The notes under the pieces: model-generated | Databases searched by the model: none | Told to the model about the DNA's origin: nothing | The model's input: only the letters and a program-made list of their open reading frames with translations | Shown: positions 8,711 through 15,030 of the stretch, piece by piece | How the letters are laid out: each line of letters starts with the position of its first letter | Position numbering within the stretch: position 1 is the first letter of the stretch | NCBI GenBank assembly: GCA_043228905.1 | Contig: JBHGNT010000821.1 | Location: 1-15,030 of the forward strand | Source: Azolla caroliniana | Taxonomy: Eukaryota > Plantae > Polypodiophyta | Direction of reading: 5' to 3' | DNA length: 15,030 bases | Program-made: the position numbers and the translations under genes

Positions 8711-9864
8711 TGAGATTTTGGAACTGTGAATTTAGTGTGTGTTTTTTTGGAAAGAAAGCTTCTTAATTGTAAAAATTGAAGTGAGGTTTTTGTGAATATG
8801 ATTATATGTGTTTTGGAAGAATAGCTTCTTAAATTTTACACACCCAATAGAGAAATAACAATCTTGTGTGTGTTTTGTGTGTGTGTGTGTTTTGGATGAT
8901 ACCAATCAATGCAAATATGCCTTAAATACCCCTCTCATCTCGTAAAGCATTGAAAGGTTGTTTAGTCTTCTGGCTTCACCGCCCATTCAATTGACCCGAT
9001 GTCCGTTTATTCCAAAGAAGTACATAAAATTATCTTCTTTATCTTGTTTCGTAGGAGTAATATGTTTTTACACGTAATGGAATGACCCCATTCTACAAAC
9101 ATTATCCAATCAAGGAGATATATTCTAAAAGTTTATCGCACTTTATGATGGTCACATCTGATTGAGCAATAGGACTATTGAATGCAACTTGGGATGGCAT
9201 CAAATAGAACGGGTCGTTGTTCTACAGAAGCTTATATATGAATAAGACTTTGTCTTGTTTCACATAAGAAATATGTTACAACTTGCACATAGTGTTCAAC
9301 AAACTTTTTGATTGTTAGTTTCAAAGAAGTTTCTTATCACACCCGGTGAAATAAACACAAAAGACAAGTGGATGTTATATTCTTTTTTGGAAAAAAAAAG
9401 AAAGACAAGTGGATGTTATATTCTTTTTTTGGAAAAAAAAAAGAAAGACAAGTGGATGGATGTTATGCCTCAAAAGATCATATGTGGTGTGCTTTACCAC
9501 TCATAAAGTATGGAAAGGTTGTAGTCTAGTCTTCTAGGTTCAACGCCATTCAAAATGTCCTCGTTCGATTGTGACATTTGACATGATGTCCTTGTATTCC
9601 AAAGAAGTAAATTATGATGAGAGTTTGCCTTGTTTCGTAGGAGTAATATGTTTTGCACATGATGGCATGACTCCATTCTACAAACGTTATCCAACCAAGG
9701 AGATATTCTAAAGCGTATTGCAATTTATGATGGTCACATCTCATTGAACAATAGGACTATTGATTGCAAGTTGGGATGGCATCAAACCATACGTGCATTC
9801 GCATTCAAGTACGTTTCAATCATTCGAGCACGGTAAATACCATACTTTTGTATTCATTATTCAC

Positions 9865-11280
9865 CATTTGGGAGTAGCCAAATGGTCCCATGAAATCCAT
9901 GTAACTCTTATCATTTCTCCCTTTTGCCACAACATGAACCAAAGAGGTTGCAACAATATTTGTAATGCCTTCTTAGTCCAAGGTAAGTAATGGTAAAAAA
10001 TATAATATTATATATATCAAAATGCATTGCAACACTTCCAATCGTACATGAAAGGGCCATAATTAAGACTTCCAATACATAAATTTGGCCTTTAATTTAC
10101 TATAAATTAGTCAATTAGTTGAACATTTGCAACATCATCAGCACCCAATGGATATCCCAAATGTTGATAAATTGATCCTCGTGTAATCATTGACCCTTGT
10201 CATCCCAAACATTCCAAATCACTCTCTGTACCACAAATAAGGCAAGACTTATTCCCATTTATGTGTAGTCCTAAAGCCAAGGCATATGATCCCAAACTTA
10301 CATACTCCTTTCAAGATTTCTTTTTGAGGTTTGTAGAAACATAAAAGAATCATCAGCCAAAGATTGTGCCACCAATTGTCCACCAGAAGCAAGATGCAAA
10401 CCCACAATATAACCACTAGCTGCAAGATTAGATAATTGTACTAACAAAGGTGTGTAACAATAGCAAATAGCAATAGACTTAATGGACATCCTTGACGCAC
10501 GGATTTAGTAAGAAAAACTTTTAGAGCAACTCCATCATTAAGCATCACACGAGATGTTACATTTTGCCCTAGCAAAAAGATAAGTTGACACATATGAGGA
10601 CAAAACCCATATTATATATCACACCAAAGAGAAAATACCAATTAATACAATCATATGCTTTTTCTAAATATAATTACACCATAACCATTTCTTGATATAT
10701 ATGTTGAGCATAATCATATTATGCAATATATTTCTACTTGTATTAAGATGTGTGAATAAATTGAGGTAAGAACATCTCAAGTATGTTGGATATTGTCTTT
10801 GCAAACACTTTGTACAACCCTCCCATCAATGAAATAAGCATCCATTGATGAAATGACTCCAAAGATGGTACCTTGGTATCAAATTGGTTAGTTCCACTTT
10901 CCAACCCTTAAGCATGAAATTAGAATCCCAACATTGTTGAAACATTTGCATGAATGGACTCTTAAGAATGCAACCACAGTTTTTTAAAACTTCATTTGTA
11001 ATACTATTCCAACGAGAGCTTTTACCATTTGTAACACACCCAACTACATTATAAAACTATTGTCGTACTTTAAACACATTCTCATTAATAATCAACTCAA
11101 GCCCAATCAAATTCTTAAAATGAGAAATACATAACTCAATAACCTTGACTATGTCTACAAGAATGTCATCTCCTATCTTAATTTGCACCACATTCAAACG
11201 AGCATATGGTCTTAATCCTTGAAAAAACATATGAGATTGTGATTGATTATCTATAAATCCCTCTTGTAATGGATGTAGTC
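9865..11280 (-). mobile_element. Highly decayed L1-clade LINE ORF2: linker and reverse transcriptase
   Basis: Minus-strand fragments include SHMFFQGLR, GKSSRWNSITNE (the KSPGxDG motif), SVRQGCPLS (~10500..10478), QSLADDSFMFL (~10350), GLHINGNKS and HLGYPLG (~10150), with many stops and frameshifts. Confidence 0.88.
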
Positions 11281-12070
11281 TTTTCTCTTTCTTTCTTTTT
11301 TTCCAAAAAATACTCCTTCCATTAGTTATAAAATTTTACAAATAAGACGATTATGTACAAACCCCTCAAGGGACGCGATAGTTCCATCTTATGTGGATGC
11401 CCACTGACTCAAGAAAGGGAGAGGACGACCATTGTTGGATGAAGGCTATTCGTTGTCTTTCAACTCCCTCAGAGCCGCCCTTAAGGCCATCATATTGGCT
11501 CTTCAAAGTGGTTACAATTTCACTTCATATCTCTTGCAATAATCTTGTTAGATGTGCGGTTTGGTTGGAGAAGACTCACATACATCGTTGTTTCCATAGA
11601 ATCCAAAGAGTTATTGGCCTGACCAATTCCAACACCTCTTGAGATTTGTCATTAAGAGGAGTGGAGTGGACATTGCCGTTGGAGGAGAAAAAGACCTCTT
11701 GTGCTTTTATCACCAAAGTCATCCCCTCCTCCTGATGCTCGTATCTGCCAATTGTGGCCTGCCATGATAGCCAACATATATTTCCCCACTTGATTGAGCC
11801 TTGCACCTGGCATAATTGCAACAAGCGGCCAACCCCCCGCCATATTCGATGGGATGTTGGGTAGTCCCACAAAGCGTGTCGTATTGATTCTATTGTATGT
11901 GGGCTCTCTACACAATTAGGAGAGCTAAGGTCCCCACATTGACATGCTCCCACCAGTAGGGACTTATGTATTAATAGCCATTGGAACGTGGTAATTCGCC
12001 TCGCGTGTTTTTGTTTCCAGATTTTCTGCCAAAACTTGGTGATTATTGTGGGAGGAACTTGAAATGTGTG
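11281..12070 (-). mobile_element. 5'-truncated L1-clade LINE 3' end (zf-RVT-like region, 3' UTR, A-rich tail) nested in the older L1
   Basis: FWQKIWKQKHARRITTFQWLLIHKSL...ESIRHALWD...IW and TLWILWKQRC are typical of plant L1 ORF2 C-termini. The T-rich tract at 11281..11302 reads as an A tail on the minus strand. Confidence 0.8.
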
Positions 12071-12663
12071 CAACCTACTCCATGTTTCCTTATATTCCAT
12101 AGATTGAAATGTAAACCCAACCTTATCTTGATGTAACCATTCCATACATCCAACTTCATAACCTTTGATGTCAATCTATCCCAAACTGCTTGCTCAAAAG
12201 AATCCATCAATGAGAATCAAGAAGTAAATTGTGATGCATCAACACACATATTAATATGACCCATCAACAAACTAGCACGATCCACTGATAACCTTGGATA
12301 CATAGATGACCATAACTCAATGTGTTGATTAACATTGTTGGGTGTATAAATTCCTACTAAGCATATCAAAACCTCGAAGTACTTGACTTCCATCGCCAAA
12401 AAGCATCCATGTGAATCATTATAGACTATATATAGACAAAACAAATCACAAATAATCATAACTATGCCTAAATAATGATGTGATAATTGATGTATGCACA
12501 ATATGCAAAATATCCACGTAAATGTAACATAGATCTTGCTAAATCATGACACTTATGTTCGACTACACATAAAACATCACATTCCTTCAAATAAAGTTTT
12601 TCGTAATATATATTTCTTATGAGGAGAAGATTCCCCTCACACATTCCATGATACCACTTTCAT
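12071..12663 (-). mobile_element. Decayed L1 ORF2 N-terminal APE endonuclease domain
   Basis: MKVVSWNV from the ATG at 12663, then CDVLCVVEHK, GIYTPN, LLMGHIN (GDFN equivalent) and GFTFQS...WSRL, in canonical order. Confidence 0.85.
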
Positions 12664-12785
12664 TTAACACCAATCAAGTGTATGCATAAATGCACTTTTC
12701 CTTAAGAATTTTCTCTTTATGAGCAAGTGTATACATAAATGTACTAACTACTTGTTCAAGAGCTATATTAAGGATTTGTGTGTAC

Positions 12786-13450
12786 TAGGGATCGACAACA
12801 ATTCAGTTTAGGCTTAGCCAACCAAACCGGTTAAGCCTAAACTATTTTGGGGTTCTCAAACCTAAACCAAACCAAACCAAACTGATCCCTAAACTGGTTT
12901 GGAAACCTCACTCTCTCTCTCTCTCTCTCTACCCTCGTTTGTGTAGTCTCCCTCACACACACTCTCTCTGTCTCTCTCCTCTGTGTAGTCTCCCTCCCTC
13001 TCTCTCCTCGTCTGTGTAGTCTCCCTCACACACACACTCTGTCTCTCTCCTTTGTGTAATCTCCCCCCCCCCCTCTCTCTCTCTCTGCAACGGTCGTGCT
13101 GTTGTTGCCACCCTGCCCTGCCGTCTGTGACGTCTGTCGCCGCCTGCTACCGTGCTGCACTCTCTCTCTCCCCCCCCATCGTGCTGTCGTCTGTTGCCAC
13201 GCTGCCGCCTCTGATGTTCATTGCCGTCTATTGTCGCGTTGTCGTCTACTATCGTCTGTCGCCGTCTGCTATCGTCGATCGCCGTCTACTACCGTCTGTG
13301 TGCTGGATGACCTGTTGTCATTCGTCATCGTCCGTCGTAGTCGTCGTTGCCGTTGCCGTGTTCTTCTCCTTCTTGTTCTTGACGTTGCCGAGTGCCGTGT
13401 TTCTTTTCTTGGCGGCGCATCCTTGTTCTTTTAGCGTGCTCGTTGCGTGC
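12786..13450 (+). mobile_element. Probable left end of a hAT-type DNA transposon
   Basis: Starts TAGGGATCGACAA (hAT-like terminus), followed by AAACC(A/G) subterminal repeats to ~12905, CT/CA microsatellite units (12909..13086) and a GC-rich gccgtc/gtcgtc tract. The other terminus is not in the window. Confidence 0.55.
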
Positions 13451-13537
13451 AAAATGCCGATGTGACTGCGACATACACACAAACTCGGCTAAGTCTCGAA
13501 CCCATTTATTTTATCTTTTTTTCTTATTGACACTACA

Positions 13538-14344
13538 ATGTTTAAACGAAAGGAACATAAGGATACACAAGACAAGGCTATAAGTAAGGAGAACTTTTTA
13601 GATATGTTTAACCGTTTAACAAAAATAGAGATGGATATGAAAAAATGGGTGAAAGACGCCGAAACCCAGAAGAAAAAAGATAGAGAGGAAAAAGACGCCC
13701 TTAAGGCCGAAATAGAAAAACTTAAAGAGGAAAACACAAACCTCAAACAACAACTTAATGACATCGAGGTATCCCGAGAGGATGGTGAAATATCCTCCAT
13801 AGAGGATATAAAAGATGAGATCAAAAAAGTTAAAGAGGAGGTTAAAAATAACATAGAGTTAGCAAAAACGGGTTAGGTAGATGTGGTTAAAAGAAACATT
13901 AAAAAAGAAATAAAGGATGAAAATATTGTTAATACCACCCTCGAAGAGGAGAAAATGCGTTAGGCCCGACGCCTAAATGTGCGTGTCACTGGGCTCAAGG
14001 AAGGTGCATCCCCGGACAAGGATGCACAAACACTCGGGAAAATGTTAGGGTACACAACGACCCTACCTATCACCAAAGCTTGGAGGGCCGGACGCGACAC
14101 AACTAGGAAGAGAGCCTTAGTTCTTCAATTTAAAGACTTAGACTCTAGAATCACTTTCTTTAAGAAGAGACCAATTCTTCGAGGATTGGGTGGGGACCCT
14201 ATCTATCTCAATGAAGACCTCACCAAGATGCAAATTGAGCATCGCAAGAGTTGTATGCCAAAGGTTATGCAAGCTCGTAAAGATGGGCATCACGCCTTTT
14301 ATCGAGATGGGCGAGTGATCATAAATGATCGCACTACTAATTGA
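13538..14344 (+). pseudogene. LINE ORF1 (coiled coil plus RRM/CTD-like region) with two premature TAG stops
   Basis: Track ORFs 13538..13876 and 13979..14344 share a frame. Reading through TAG 13874 (KTG*VDVVK) and TAG 13961 (KMR*ARRLNVRVTGLKE) gives one 268-codon ORF with a coiled coil and the NVRVTGLKE and IYLNEDLT motifs. Confidence 0.85.
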
Positions 14345-14380
14345 CGGCATGTGGCCCATGTGATAGAAAACACACTTAGG

Positions 14381-15030
14381 ATGACCTTATGGAATTGTAA
14401 CGGCGCACTCTGGACACACCCCGGCCGCCTAGAGGAGATATTAAAGGAATTAGATATAGTTTGCCTAGTAGAAACACACCAAAGCCCAAATAGGGGACTC
14501 CCACAAGTCGAAGGATTTCGTTGGGAGTTGGCTTTTAGACAAACCTCACGTCGATGCACTACTAGGGGATCTGGAGGTGTCGCAATATTGTTTCGGAGGG
14601 AGCTACATAATAGGATAGAAATACTAAGCACAGACCCAGAAGCTCGTTTTATGTGGGTGAAAGTTTCCACAAGCAAGGACAAGGTAGTATTTTTCGCCAT
14701 TTGTTACTTTCCCCCGAAAGGCTCTCGTTATAATCTGGCTGGCGAGGCGAGATTAGTTGATGAAGGAGTGCCACATGGGCCTTCCCCATATGAACCTCTA
14801 TCGGATGACATAATCCGATATTCTTCCCAAGGAGAAGTATTCCTTGTAGGAGACTTTAATGTGAGAACCCAATCCCGACAATGCACAATATTTCAAATGA
14901 ATAGAAACCTAGAAATGGTAAATGTTGATCCTTTAGACATAGACACCACACGTAGATCAAAGGATCAAGGTGCGGATGCCACGAGCTTTGGCCATCATTT
15001 GCTCGAACTTGGCAGTCGGCACCAGATGGT
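14381..15030 (+). CDS. LINE ORF2 N-terminal APE endonuclease (partial; runs off the window; absent from the ORF track)
   Basis: The frame is open from 14345 to the window end and reads MTLWNCNG, DIVCLVETH, GSGGVAILFR, ICYFPP, FLVGDFNVRT and FGHHLLEL. Confidence 0.92.
   Translation, partial: MTLWNCNGALWTHPGRLEEILKELDIVCLVETHQSPNRGLPQVEGFRWELAFRQTSRRCTTRGSGGVAILFRRELHNRIEILSTDPEARFMWVKVSTSKDKVVFFAICYFPPKGSRYNLAGEARLVDEGVPHGPSPYEPLSDDIIRYSSQGEVFLVGDFNVRTQSRQCTIFQMNRNLEMVNVDPLDIDTTRRSKDQGADATSFGHHLLELGSRHQM

Larger units (their letters stand above)
7272..9862 (+). repeat. Segmental duplication, copy 2 (gene B plus flanks)
   Basis: Direct-orientation homolog of 1..~2100 with indels and one extra upstream module. 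Similarity stops at about 9862, where L1 RT-derived sequence begins. Confidence 0.92.

Noticed and set aside
13052-13583. ORFs of 137, 112 and 63 aa in the GC-rich tract
   Set aside because: Low-complexity CT and GCC/GTC sequence lacks stops by composition; non-ATG starts and no domain.
13489-14700. Minus-strand ORFs of 121, 73 and 133 aa
   Set aside because: Antisense to LINE ORF1/ORF2, whose motifs are on the plus strand.

Overview
Eukaryotic, AT-rich, transposon-dense DNA that looks like a land-plant nuclear genome; a fern or other seed-free plant is only a guess. The only intact genes are two intronless paralogs on the minus strand (938..1348 and 8212..8616). They encode 136-aa and 134-aa signal-peptide-bearing, Lys-rich proteins of a family I do not recognise, and sit in a direct segmental duplication offset by about 7.27 kb. 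Their N-terminal regions and proximal 3' flanks are almost identical, while the central mature region differs mostly by amino-acid-changing substitutions. Between the genes lie a decayed Ty1/copia RT-RNaseH fragment, a tRNA-like SINE head, a hAT/MITE-like stretch and short tandem arrays (3x56 bp, 3x84 bp). To the right are an old L1 ORF2 interrupted by the 3' end of a second L1, a hAT-type terminus, and the 5' part of a younger non-L1-looking LINE whose ORF1 and ORF2 are in frame across a single TGA-CGG. All calls come from manual reading and translation; TE boundaries are approximate.
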